A stretch of 64,000 nucleotides of DNA from Bacteroidota bacterium (GTDB lineage: Bacteria; Bacteroidota; Bacteroidia; Chitinophagales; LD1): the NCBI GenBank assembly GCA_947478005.1, contig CANJVG010000003.1, positions 6,696-70,695 of the forward strand. Direction: 5' to 3'. Position 1 is the first letter of the stretch; each line of letters starts with the position of its first letter. The position numbers and the translations under genes were made by a program. Of the stretch, positions 9,576 to 19,264 are shown piece by piece. Below the pieces are notes generated by a model. It had not been told where the DNA came from. It was given only the letters and a program-made list of their open reading frames with translations, and did no database searches.

Positions 9576-9617
9576 ATAAAAACGGGGTAGCAGATGAACT
9601 GCTATCCCGTTTTTTAT
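9576..9617. terminator. Bidirectional intrinsic terminator
   Basis: AAAAACGGGGTAGCAG-ATGAA-CTGCTATCCCGTTTTT between convergent genes. Confidence 0.85.
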
Positions 9618-9626
9618 AGTAGATAC

Positions 9627-10097
9627 TTATTTCTTCTCCGCAGAATGCTGCACTACTTTTTCGTTTTGTGCTTTCAATCGTCTGCAAAGCGTTTTTATAA
9701 TTCCTTTCGCCACCTCTATTCGGCTTTCCATTAATTCATAAAAAGGTTCCTGGTCCATTTTCAGCAGCAAACATTCACTCACCGTAGTAGCACTTGCCGA
9801 GCGGGTTTCGGTATCGAGCAAAGCATACTCGCCAAAACACTCTCCTTCCTTCATTACCACAAAAGTGTGTTCGCCTTTGTGAATGCGCACCTGCCCTTTG
9901 AAGATGATATACATACACTGAGCTTCATCGCCTGCTTCAAAAATATTGGTATTGGCTTCAAAATCTTCTTCTTCCAAAAGCTCCGCCACTTCCGCCAAAA
10001 CTGTTTCAGGTGTTTCGTGAAAGATGGAGATAGACTTGAGCAAGAGAACTTTCTCTATAAGCAGCAATCGCTGTTCGTGATGAGTTGTGGTTGACAT
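9627..10097 (-). CDS. Cyclic nucleotide-binding domain protein
   Basis: IFEAGDEA..MYII.KG.V.I and GECFGEYALLD...RSASA cNMP-binding motifs. Confidence 0.92.
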   Translation of the reverse strand: MSTTTHHEQRLLLIEKVLLLKSISIFHETPETVLAEVAELLEEEDFEANTNIFEAGDEAQCMYIIFKGQVRIHKGEHTFVVMKEGECFGEYALLDTETRSASATTVSECLLLKMDQEPFYELMESRIEVAKGIIKTLCRRLKAQNEKVVQHSAEKK

Positions 10098-10100
10098 GTT

Positions 10101-12863
10101 TTAATTCATTTCTGCCAGCAATTTCCCGGCTGTTTCGTAAAGCAATATATCCTTATCGTTTTTGGCATTCTCTAACCATCTGCGCTTTTCGCTTCCTTTG
10201 TAAGAACCAAGCGAATACAGGGCAGCCGCCTTGGTCCAGCGATGGTAGTAGTGCTTTTGGCTGTTCAAAATATCGCTGATGATATTTTCATAGTTCAACT
10301 GTTCTTTGAACACCAATTGAAGACTGTTGCACTTCTCTTCAATGCTTCCCGAATCGAACAGTTTATTGAAAGGCAAAGACAAGTCTTTCGGTACTTCTAT
10401 TTCAATGACTTCTAACGCGTTGGCAATGCTTTCCTTCTTATTCATGCTGAAAGCATTTCGTGCCTTCATCATTTTCTCCCGATTATACACAAACGAAAAA
10501 AGCATCAGCAACTGGTCGCGAATTTCCAACAATTCCAGATGTAGTGCCTCCACCAATAATTTAGCCGAAGGGGTTTTCTCCATCTCGCGAATGGAGAAAA
10601 TTATCAAGGTAGCCGCAGCCAGGTGACGGTGCATTAAATCTATATGCTCCTTGAGGTGGTGCGGCTGACTTCTAAACTCACAGGCGTGAAGCGCGTGGAA
10701 AATATCGGTACGCTGCGCAGGCAGTTTCCATACCAATTCATCGAGAATCTTAGCGGCATTGGTGGTGCCTATTCTCCCACAGAGCAAAATCAGTTTCGAT
10801 TGTTGCTGACGAGAAAGAATATCGCTTGTCAGCGCCAGCTTGATTTCCTTCAAAGCCACATCACCCGCCCGATGCATGGCATCTATAACTGGCTTCTCAT
10901 GCTTGCGATGCAATAGAAAATTCATCAACGGCACCATCAGTTTTTCGTTCTTCACATTCCCTGCTGCATGAATGGCTGTGCGCACCACATGATGGTTGTG
11001 GTCTTCGAGTAAATGAATCAAGGGTTTGTAAAAAGAATGAACACCGAGTTCGCCAATAATTTCAGCTGCTATTTTTCTTTCCTCCCAATGCTCAGAGTCT
11101 ATCAGGTGCAACAACTTCTGCCCCGCCACTACTACCGCGCTGATTCCCCCGCTGGTCATTAAGCCAATAATGGCTGCCTTCATAATACGGTGGTCCTTAT
11201 CTTCCAGAAATTCATCAAAGTTTTCCAACTCATCGGGCAGCAACATGCATTTTGCTTTGATGGCTTCGGGTAACAAACGCGTGTTATGCTTATCGGCAAT
11301 AATAGCCTCTATCTGTGGCAGGGCCTCCGCAATTTTTTTTCTTTCCGCCAGTTGAATGGCCTCCATGCGCACTTCCACCTTTTCATGCTCGAAAGCTTTC
11401 AAAACCAGTGGCTCCATTTCTTCTGTGTATTGTTTCTCAATCAGATTGAGCACATAAATGGCCTCACCCGTTCCTCCGGAAGAAATCTTTTGCAACAAAA
11501 CCTCCCTTGTCTTTTCATCTTCCAAATCAATTTCCTGCCCAACAGAGTATCGCTTGTTCAACGCATGAATCAGCGTTTTTACATACTCCCGGTCCACTAA
11601 AAAAATCATCACCACCCAAACAATGAGTAGCGTAACCACCATATAACTTAGCTGAAATAAATCAACCTTTCCCGAAAGCTTGAGTAAAGTGAATAGCATG
11701 AATCCACTAAAGATAAGAGCGAAGGGGTCCATCACTCCTTTTACAATCGTGTGTCCCTTCAAGCGAAGGTTAGCAGATAGCGGCTGCATGAGTGACAGGA
11801 AAACAGGGTCCTGTAAACTGGTCTTCAAAACCTCTGTAATAATGGCCATCAATCCGAAAACATAAAGCACCAAGTGATGGTCGGGATGAAACAGCGACAA
11901 AACGATAATGCTGAAAAGGAAAACGAAGAGAATAACTGGGCTGATTAGGAGAGAACCCTTAATCCCGAGAATGTTACTAAGTCGGCCTGTTAGTATAAGG
12001 CGAATAAAAATCGCAAAGATTCTACCTCCGGCATAGAACATTGATATGAATGCTGCGAGCTCTCCATCGCTGTGCATTTCATGTTTTATCTCGGCATAAA
12101 ACGAGAAACTGATAATCGTTACACAGGTAATAACGATAAACGACAAAAGCGCCACGAGAGCAATCATTCTGTTGCCGAAAAATCCCTTCATCAACTCGCG
12201 CCAGTTCTCGGTAACAAAATCATGACTTGCGGCATGTGCATGTTCGTGCGCCACATGCACATCCATTTTGCCCGCCCTCTTTAATCGGAAATAAAAAATG
12301 AGTGAACAGAGAATCGAAATTCCCGCAATCACCAGCATGTTTTGGCTGCTGAACACTTTCACCAACAGCGGTACAGCCGAATAACCAAACAACTTCGCAG
12401 GAATATCTCCTGCACCAATCATTCCGAACAGGCGCTTGCTTTGGCGTATATCGAACTGCAAAGCCGCCAATCCCCAGAACTCTAGATTAGTAAGCAGATA
12501 AATAACGTAGTACCAACTAAGAAGAACAAAGAGATAGGAAGAACTGTTCTCCTCCGAAAACAGCGCGCGCAATAAAAAAATGCTGCCGGCTACAAAAACG
12601 ATAATCAGCGGCACGAGCTTTTTCATCGGCAGTGCATGCTCCACTTTACTGTAAACAAACCCCACCACTAATAAGAGAGTACCGGCAAACAAATAAACCT
12701 TGGGCAGCGCAAGAGCCTCAAAATGCTCAATGAAAAGCGCCAGCACTACGGCATTGAAAATGGCAACCCCTACTCCCTGAAAAAACTGTAGCCAGAAAAG
12801 ATTGGTAACCAGCCAGGCTTCATCTGTTCGAATGTTGAGTAATCGGAGAATACGGTTTTTCAT
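10101..12863 (-). CDS. NTT/TLC-like (ATP/ADP exchange-type) membrane transporter fused to HEAT repeats
   Basis: ~12 hydrophobic segments in the first ~425 aa with FW.LA...FDIRQSKRLFGMIG motif, then HEAT-like repeats (VEVRMEAI, EERKIAAEIIGELG, HHVVRTAIHAAG). Confidence 0.8.
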   Translation of the reverse strand: MKNRILRLLNIRTDEAWLVTNLFWLQFFQGVGVAIFNAVVLALFIEHFEALALPKVYLFAGTLLLVVGFVYSKVEHALPMKKLVPLIIVFVAGSIFLLRALFSEENSSSYLFVLLSWYYVIYLLTNLEFWGLAALQFDIRQSKRLFGMIGAGDIPAKLFGYSAVPLLVKVFSSQNMLVIAGISILCSLIFYFRLKRAGKMDVHVAHEHAHAASHDFVTENWRELMKGFFGNRMIALVALLSFIVITCVTIISFSFYAEIKHEMHSDGELAAFISMFYAGGRIFAIFIRLILTGRLSNILGIKGSLLISPVILFVFLFSIIVLSLFHPDHHLVLYVFGLMAIITEVLKTSLQDPVFLSLMQPLSANLRLKGHTIVKGVMDPFALIFSGFMLFTLLKLSGKVDLFQLSYMVVTLLIVWVVMIFLVDREYVKTLIHALNKRYSVGQEIDLEDEKTREVLLQKISSGGTGEAIYVLNLIEKQYTEEMEPLVLKAFEHEKVEVRMEAIQLAERKKIAEALPQIEAIIADKHNTRLLPEAIKAKCMLLPDELENFDEFLEDKDHRIMKAAIIGLMTSGGISAVVVAGQKLLHLIDSEHWEERKIAAEIIGELGVHSFYKPLIHLLEDHNHHVVRTAIHAAGNVKNEKLMVPLMNFLLHRKHEKPVIDAMHRAGDVALKEIKLALTSDILSRQQQSKLILLCGRIGTTNAAKILDELVWKLPAQRTDIFHALHACEFRSQPHHLKEHIDLMHRHLAAATLIIFSIREMEKTPSAKLLVEALHLELLEIRDQLLMLFSFVYNREKMMKARNAFSMNKKESIANALEVIEIEVPKDLSLPFNKLFDSGSIEEKCNSLQLVFKEQLNYENIISDILNSQKHYYHRWTKAAALYSLGSYKGSEKRRWLENAKNDKDILLYETAGKLLAEMN

Positions 12864-12917
12864 CGGCTGCCAGTGAGGTGGCTAATTTATAATTTTGGAG
12901 TGGTTGTTCGACATCTC

Positions 12918-13427
12918 TCAAATTTTCCTGGCCTCGAGCTTCCTTTTATAAAACTCCTTATCGGCTACATAAACTGTCTTGGTGAAGGTGGCATACACCT
13001 TACCATCTGCATCTTCGTACTTCAAAGGCAATTCAAAAATATATTCTCCCGTTTCCGCAGTTTTTTGCTTTACCAGCTCAATTAATTCATCGGTAATAAG
13101 GAAACGACAATTCACTTTATTCAAAATAGGCCGGACAAACTTAACGCTCGCTCCTTTATCCCACACCACATAGCCTTTGCCCAGCACCTCCATAAACAAC
13201 AACATAAAATAGGGGTCAACAGAAGAATAAATACTACCTCCGTAAACCGTTCCTACTCGGTTGCGCGTTCGAATATTTAATTTCAAGCTGACATGTAGCT
13301 CTTTAAAGTCCCCTGCAATGAATTCCACCTTGCATTCCGTGCACCAGATGCAGGGCCAAAAATTGAATACCCATCGCATATACTTCGACTTTTTCGATTC
13401 TGACCTTAGGGTTTCATACTGCTTCAT
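12918..13427 (-). CDS. Hotdog-fold thioesterase-like protein (DUF4442/YiiD-like)
   Basis: TRNRVGTVYGGSIYSSVDPYFM and YVVWDKGASVKFVRP motifs. Confidence 0.85.
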   Translation of the reverse strand: MKQYETLRSESKKSKYMRWVFNFWPCIWCTECKVEFIAGDFKELHVSLKLNIRTRNRVGTVYGGSIYSSVDPYFMLLFMEVLGKGYVVWDKGASVKFVRPILNKVNCRFLITDELIELVKQKTAETGEYIFELPLKYEDADGKVYATFTKTVYVADKEFYKRKLEARKI

Positions 13428-13478
13428 TCGATGGATATTTTGATTTTCTATTTTCGGCCGCGCTAAAAAACAAAGTCT

Positions 13479-14585
13479 ATGTCAAACCTGATTCGGGAAA
13501 AATATGCAAAGCTGTTGGTCAACTATTGTTTGGATGTAAAGAAGAACGATAAGGTTTACATTAACTCATCCTATCTTGCTGAACCGCTTTTACAGGAGGT
13601 GGCAAAGGAAGTTTACTTGGCTGGCGGAATTCCTGTTTTTAGTATCGAAATTCAGGGAGTAAATGATTTGGTTCTGCAGTATGGCGAAGAGAATCAGCTA
13701 TCCTGGGTTAATCCGATGAAGAAATACATCTTCGAAAACTTCGATTGCTATCTGAACATCCGCGCTCCTTTCGAAAAAGGAGACGATGAAAAAGAAGTGG
13801 CCGATGTTGCCAAATTCAAACTACACCAACATGCTCAACATGAAATCAACAAAATCTACTTCGAGCGGACGGGTAATGGAAGTATGCGCAGATGTCTTTG
13901 TCAATACCCCACACAAGCCGGAGCTGATGATGCACGAATGACAATGGCGGAATACGAAAATTTCGTTTACCAAAGTTGCAATTTGTTTGAAGAAAACCCG
14001 GTAGATAAGTGGCTGGAGGTTCGAAAAACGCAGCAAGTGTATGTGGACTATCTAAACAAAGTAGACAAGGTGCAATACCTTGGCAAGAACATTGACATTT
14101 CGTTTTCGGTGAAAGGAAGAACCTGGATTAACAGCGATGGACGGGCGAATATGCCGAGTGGAGAGGTTTTCTCGGCACCCATAGAAGACAGCGTAAACGG
14201 AAAAATTTATTTCAATTACCCAACTATCTATATGGGTAAGGATGTTGCCGGTGTAACGCTCGAGGTAAAGGATGGGGAAATCCTTTCCTGGAGCGCGGAG
14301 GAAGGAAATGATGTGCTTGATAAAGTTTTTGCGGTGGGGGGGGCGCGCAGATTCGGAGAGGTGGCCGTTGGCACCAATTACAATATACAACGGACGTCCA
14401 GAAATATACTGTTCGATGAAAAAATTGGCGGTAGTATTCACATGGCTGTTGGTCAAAGCTACAAACAGTGCGGAGGGAAAAATGAATCTACTGTTCACTG
14501 GGATATGATTACCGATATGAAAAACGGTGGACAGATCCTTGCCGATGGTGTAAAGATTTATGAAAACGGCTTCTTTTTGATTTAA
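13479..14585 (+). CDS. Aminopeptidase, M29 (AmpS/AmpT) family
   Basis: NMPSGEVFSAP, GEVAVGTN, ILFDEKIGGSIHMAVG and STVHWDMI motifs. Confidence 0.95.
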   Translation: MSNLIREKYAKLLVNYCLDVKKNDKVYINSSYLAEPLLQEVAKEVYLAGGIPVFSIEIQGVNDLVLQYGEENQLSWVNPMKKYIFENFDCYLNIRAPFEKGDDEKEVADVAKFKLHQHAQHEINKIYFERTGNGSMRRCLCQYPTQAGADDARMTMAEYENFVYQSCNLFEENPVDKWLEVRKTQQVYVDYLNKVDKVQYLGKNIDISFSVKGRTWINSDGRANMPSGEVFSAPIEDSVNGKIYFNYPTIYMGKDVAGVTLEVKDGEILSWSAEEGNDVLDKVFAVGGARRFGEVAVGTNYNIQRTSRNILFDEKIGGSIHMAVGQSYKQCGGKNESTVHWDMITDMKNGGQILADGVKIYENGFFLI

Positions 14586-14600
14586 TACCCACGATAAATC

Positions 14601-15794
14601 ATGCCCGAAAAAAATGCGCTTGCCGCGATTGATGCTGCAGGCTTTGCCCGCGAACTGAAACTGCTTCGTGCTGAAATAGATGCAAATATTGGAGAAGAAG
14701 ATTTTCGTCACCTCAAGAAAATAGAGTGGTGGGGCAGAATCTGTTCTATCCTTGGCTACGCCACGGCACCAATATTTCCAAATCCTTTATCCGCATTCTT
14801 AATCAGTCAGGGTAATACCGCCCGCTGGACTATTATGATGCACCATATTGGGCACAAAGGCTATGACAAAGTATCCTGTCCTGAACGATATAAAAGCACG
14901 GGCTTCGCTGTAGGTAAACGAAGGTTTATTGATTGGTTCGACTGGATGCATCCTGAGGCATGGAAACATGAGCACAACGTTTTACACCATTACCACACCG
15001 GAGAAGTTTCAGACCCTGATCTAGTAGAACGCAATGTTGAATTAATCCGAACTGCGCGCATACCGGTATTCATGAAATACTTCGCAGTCCTGTTCTTCAT
15101 GTGCACCTGGAAGTTTACTTACTACGCACCAAATACCTTCTGGATATTTCAAAAGAACCGCGATAAGAAAGCAAGAATAAAGAATGAAGTTAAAGAGAAC
15201 GGCAACTTCCCTGGTTCGGAATTGCTTCTTCCCTTTAGTAAACAAGCACTTGAATTCTGGGCACAGTGCATGCTTCCGTACATACTTATTCGTTTCATAG
15301 CGCTTCCACTTTTGTTTCTTCCTTTCGGAACAACTGCTTGCCTTTATGTTTTGTTTAACTCCCTACTTGCCGAATTGATTACCAATATTCATACGTTCAT
15401 GATCATTGCCCCCAACCATGCGGGGGATGATGTGTTTAGATATGAAACACGGACCCGTGACCTGAATGAATTTTATATACGCCAGGTTGCTGGCAGCGTA
15501 AACTATCCTTGTGGAAACGACAGGGTTGATTTTATGCACGGTTGGTTGAACTACCAAATAGAGCATCACTTATTCCCTGATTTGCCGCTACTAAAATATC
15601 AGCAATATCAGCCGCGAGTAAAGCAACTTTGTGAAAAATATGAAGTGCCATACGTGCAACAAAATGTTTTTGTGCGCATGAAAAAACTTACAGAAATAAT
15701 GGTGGGTAAAAAATCTATGCTTTCCATTACTTCGATTTCAGCAAAGGAATCGGTTGAAGCACACAGCAATTTGGTAGCCACACAACCACTTTAA
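14601..15794 (+). CDS. Membrane fatty acid desaturase
   Basis: His boxes HHIGH, HNVLHH and QIEHHLFP plus hydrophobic segments. Confidence 0.92.
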   Translation: MPEKNALAAIDAAGFARELKLLRAEIDANIGEEDFRHLKKIEWWGRICSILGYATAPIFPNPLSAFLISQGNTARWTIMMHHIGHKGYDKVSCPERYKSTGFAVGKRRFIDWFDWMHPEAWKHEHNVLHHYHTGEVSDPDLVERNVELIRTARIPVFMKYFAVLFFMCTWKFTYYAPNTFWIFQKNRDKKARIKNEVKENGNFPGSELLLPFSKQALEFWAQCMLPYILIRFIALPLLFLPFGTTACLYVLFNSLLAELITNIHTFMIIAPNHAGDDVFRYETRTRDLNEFYIRQVAGSVNYPCGNDRVDFMHGWLNYQIEHHLFPDLPLLKYQQYQPRVKQLCEKYEVPYVQQNVFVRMKKLTEIMVGKKSMLSITSISAKESVEAHSNLVATQPL

Positions 15795-15812
15795 GAGACA
15801 ATCTATCTTACA

Positions 15813-16169
15813 CTACTCAATCGAGGTTTCCGTCCACTCATTAAAGAGTTCGTTGATGAAAATATTTTCCTCTTCTGTAATCTTCTTGTCTGCCTTTGCC
15901 AGTTTAATGGCATATTGTATCAATTCATTTCTTTCCTCCTCTGTGCTATCTTCATAAAAGTCGGCCATACAGCTTTGGAAATGCACCATGTAGTCCTCTT
16001 GTTTTAATGCACTGAGGAATTCTGTTTCCTTATCTAAATTAACCCGGAGGGGGAACTCCTTCTCCAGCCAGTCCTCTATAACCAAATCCTCTTTTGCATC
16101 AAATATTCCATCCACCGCAGACAATATCATAAGTATATGATAACCCGCAATTGCCTTGTTCTTTTTCAT
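15813..16169 (-). CDS. TerB-like family protein
   Basis: ILSAVDG.F...E and LAKADKKITEEE TerB-type duplicated motif. Confidence 0.8.
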   Translation of the reverse strand: MKKNKAIAGYHILMILSAVDGIFDAKEDLVIEDWLEKEFPLRVNLDKETEFLSALKQEDYMVHFQSCMADFYEDSTEEERNELIQYAIKLAKADKKITEEENIFINELFNEWTETSIE

Positions 16170-16235
16170 GTTGTTCTGTTTTCGCTCTAATAAATGTACA
16201 AATCTTTTTGACTTCCAAAAACCTCTTTTTAAAGT

Positions 16236-17234
16236 TTATCGATATTGTTCCAGCATTTGCTCAGCACTTTTTCGCATTTGCTCAGCTAACTTATCCGGTT
16301 TGAGAACTTTTACATTTTCCCCATAACTCAAAAGTTGCATTTTCAATTCGTGATTGATCACCAAGTATAAAGAAACCCTAACCTCAGATTTTGTTTCCTT
16401 CAAAATTAACTGCGAGTGATGAATGGGAATTGTCTTAATATACTTCCCCTGTAACGGCAAAAATGAAAGAACAACTTTCTCAGGCTTTCCCTCTCCCAGT
16501 GTGACACCGACAACGTTTTTAAAAAAATTCTTCTTATCCAGTTTTGTTTCATCGAATACCTCATTTGTAATTTGCATATCCTGAATTCTATCCAGGGCGA
16601 ACGTGAGAATCTTCTGCTCCCTTTTGTTTATTCGCTTTCCAATAACATACCAATAGTCCTTTGATTCTCGAATTAGATAGGGCTCCAAAAAATTCTCTGA
16701 AACATCTTCGCTTCCATGCTTTTGGTAAGTAAACCTTAAAACCCTTCTATCCGAAATTGCCTTTAAAATCAGTTCAACGAATTCTATCCCTTTAATAATA
16801 AAAGGGGTATCCAACTGTATGTAGTCACTTTCTCCACGTGCTTCTTTATTAAGCTTAACAGTAGATGCAATTTTTTTTATCGCCTCCTCAAATTCCTTTA
16901 TAGCCGGTAAATGTTTAAACTGATCGAGAATACTGATAGCAAAATCCAAACCATGCAGTTCATCTGCGGTCACCGGCAAATTGCTGATGGAATAATCGGG
17001 GTCACTATAGTGATAGCTTTTATCTGACTTATTATAAACAATAGGCGCATTGAAGTTCAATTGTTGATTCTGGCGCATCTCCTGCAAATCCAACTGCACC
17101 GTACGTTTCGAAATTTGTCTATCGAGTTTTTCGCTTAAATACCAAATCAACTCTTCAAGATGCGGGTACGGCTTTTTGCGAAGCCGGGCATCAATCAAAC
17201 GGTAACGGCTATAGGCATCTTTATTCAGAGACAT
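16236..17234 (-). CDS. WYL-domain transcriptional regulator (wHTH-WYL-WCX)
   Basis: NKDAYSRYRLID, ISKRTVQLDLQEM HTH, EPYLIRE...WYVIG, TFALDRI, PIHHSQ; start moved to ATG at 17234. Confidence 0.95.
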   Translation of the reverse strand: MSLNKDAYSRYRLIDARLRKKPYPHLEELIWYLSEKLDRQISKRTVQLDLQEMRQNQQLNFNAPIVYNKSDKSYHYSDPDYSISNLPVTADELHGLDFAISILDQFKHLPAIKEFEEAIKKIASTVKLNKEARGESDYIQLDTPFIIKGIEFVELILKAISDRRVLRFTYQKHGSEDVSENFLEPYLIRESKDYWYVIGKRINKREQKILTFALDRIQDMQITNEVFDETKLDKKNFFKNVVGVTLGEGKPEKVVLSFLPLQGKYIKTIPIHHSQLILKETKSEVRVSLYLVINHELKMQLLSYGENVKVLKPDKLAEQMRKSAEQMLEQYR

Positions 17235-17278
17235 TAGAAGAAACAGATTTTGCTGCAAGTTGAAATTATTTTTTGAGC

Positions 17279-17295
17279 GCGCAAATAGGTTGCGC
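17279..17295. promoter_or_regulatory. Palindromic operator GCGCAA-N5-TTGCGC, probable WYL regulator site
   Basis: Perfect 6-5-6 dyad in the 101-bp gap between divergent genes, just upstream of a -7-like CATGTTTG. Confidence 0.65.
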
Positions 17296-17335
17296 ACTGT
17301 CGGCCCATGTTTGCACTATCATAAAAACAACGAGC

Positions 17336-17752
17336 ATGATAACCACTCCAAATTCCAACTTTACCAAACACGAAATCTATGTAAACGAAATTGTGTTCTA
17401 CTCACCAAAAAACATTTCACTCATAGGCTTTATCCACCACGGTGCAAAATTTCTGAAAACAGAATTTGTCATCACCCGTAAAAACCTACAAATGCTTTTG
17501 AGTCAAACCAAAACGGGAATAGAAATTCTGTGGCGTATTGAAAACCTTTTTGTACAGCCACACGAAGTGCCTGCAACGATTAACCTGCTTGACCTGTTTG
17601 GCATTACTCAGGTTTTTGGAGCCAATCAAATTGAGCTGGATCCTTCGTTTTACACCGTCCAAACCAAGTTAGCAATTCCAGACGAAGGTCATAAACTATT
17701 CTTTATAGAACGTGTAATTCCCTTTTCCCCTTCACCCAAAGCAGCCCTTTAA
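17336..17752 (+). CDS. Hypothetical protein (138 aa)
   Basis: ORF divergent from the WYL gene; start placed at ATG 17336 after an A-rich leader; no recognisable motif. Confidence 0.75.
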   Translation: MITTPNSNFTKHEIYVNEIVFYSPKNISLIGFIHHGAKFLKTEFVITRKNLQMLLSQTKTGIEILWRIENLFVQPHEVPATINLLDLFGITQVFGANQIELDPSFYTVQTKLAIPDEGHKLFFIERVIPFSPSPKAAL

Positions 17753-17778
17753 AAATAGGAATTTTAAAAATCATCATC

Positions 17779-17976
17779 ATGAATAATTTCAAATACAACC
17801 TAATCAGCGGACCTAAAAAAACTGTATCCGATTATCTGCAATCGTTGAATAATGACGATCTGCAAACCATTTACAGTTCCTCGTTTTTCTACTCCTTAAA
17901 AATGCCGGATCTGATTAAAAAAATGCAAGACGAATTGCTTAAGCGAAACATAAACCCGCAACCGCAGTTGTTCTAA
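17779..17976 (+). CDS. Small hypothetical protein (65 aa)
   Basis: ATG with A-rich leader 26 bp after the previous stop; followed by a terminator. Confidence 0.6.
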   Translation: MNNFKYNLISGPKKTVSDYLQSLNNDDLQTIYSSSFFYSLKMPDLIKKMQDELLKRNINPQPQLF

Positions 17977-17994
17977 CTCCTTTTTGTTGCCTTC

Positions 17995-18026
17995 AAGCCC
18001 CGCGTATTAGTGTGCGTGGGGCTTTT
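17995..18026 (+). terminator. Intrinsic terminator
   Basis: AAGCCCCGCG...CGTGGGGCTTTT hairpin with T run between convergent genes. Confidence 0.75.
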
Positions 18027-19255
18027 TACATTTTCAACTTTCTCATTTTGGGAGCTAAAACAAAGGTGCCCGTTACTACTAACAAGGTCATACATCCCCC
18101 AAAGATTACAGACGGAACTGTTCCCATCAATTTCGCGGCAAGTCCACTCTCGAACGCACCTATTTCGTTGCTTGATGCTATAAATATTTGATTAACTGCA
18201 CTTACTCTTCCTCTCATACTATCCGGAGTCATAGTTTGCAAAATAGTTTGCCTTATTACTACACTCACATTATCAAAGGCTCCTGTAAGAAATAGCATAG
18301 AGAAAGAAAGTGCAAAGCTTTCTGACAGAGCAAAGCCTATAGTTGCCAATCCAAAACCAGTTACTGCAATAAGCAAATTTTTTCCAGCATTCTGTGTTGG
18401 TGAATTATGGGCAAGAAAAAAGCCCATTACAACACTGCCTAAAAATGGTGAGGCCCTTAATATTCCCAAACCTTCGGGGCCGACATATAATATATCATGG
18501 GCGAAAACAGGAAGTAGAGCAACCGCTCCTCCGAATAAGACAGCAAACAAATCAAGGGAAATCGCAGACAACATTTCCTGTTTATTGAAAACGAACCGCA
18601 AACCAGCAGTTAGTGATTGATAGAGTGTTTCAACTTTTTCCTTTGGTGGGGTTTCTTGTATCGGCACACGCAGGAAAACGAAAAATGAAATTACCATAAG
18701 CACTACAGCTAAAGAAAAAGCAAATTCCACATTAGTTAGGCCATAAATAATCCCCCCCAATGCCGGTCCCAGAACCGCTGCCGTTTGCCATGTATTACTC
18801 CCCCAAGTCGCGGCATTCGAATAAAGTTCCCGTGGAATTAGTTGCGGAAAGATACTTTGATAGGAAGGGGCCATAAAGCCACGTATAATTCCGCTAATAC
18901 CAATGATTATGTAAATGGGTAATGGGCCGTAAAGCTTAAAAAGCGTGGCCTCTCCACTCAAGATTATGCCAATTAGTGAAAAGCATATGGCAATTCCAAG
19001 AATAGTCCTTCGTGCAATTTTATATCTATTGAACAAGTCTGCTGCATGACCACCGTAAATCGAGGTGACGATGAACGGCAAAGCTTCACTCAATCCCAGC
19101 AAACCCAATGCAAGCTTATCGTGTGTAAGTTCATATATCTTCCACGCGATAATTGTTTCCGCCATCTGCACAGCAAACGTTAGCATAAAACGAGATAGCT
19201 GAAAATCTCTAAACGCGGCTATTCTTAATGCCGCATAAGCATCCTTTTTCACCAT
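18026..19255 (-). CDS. MFS transporter (EntS/MFS_3-like)
   Basis: ~12 TM segments; GHAADLFNR, LDLFAVLFGG and TPDSMRGRV motifs. Confidence 0.93.
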   Translation of the reverse strand: MVKKDAYAALRIAAFRDFQLSRFMLTFAVQMAETIIAWKIYELTHDKLALGLLGLSEALPFIVTSIYGGHAADLFNRYKIARRTILGIAICFSLIGIILSGEATLFKLYGPLPIYIIIGISGIIRGFMAPSYQSIFPQLIPRELYSNAATWGSNTWQTAAVLGPALGGIIYGLTNVEFAFSLAVVLMVISFFVFLRVPIQETPPKEKVETLYQSLTAGLRFVFNKQEMLSAISLDLFAVLFGGAVALLPVFAHDILYVGPEGLGILRASPFLGSVVMGFFLAHNSPTQNAGKNLLIAVTGFGLATIGFALSESFALSFSMLFLTGAFDNVSVVIRQTILQTMTPDSMRGRVSAVNQIFIASSNEIGAFESGLAAKLMGTVPSVIFGGCMTLLVVTGTFVLAPKMRKLKM

Positions 19256-19264
19256 ATTATTTTT

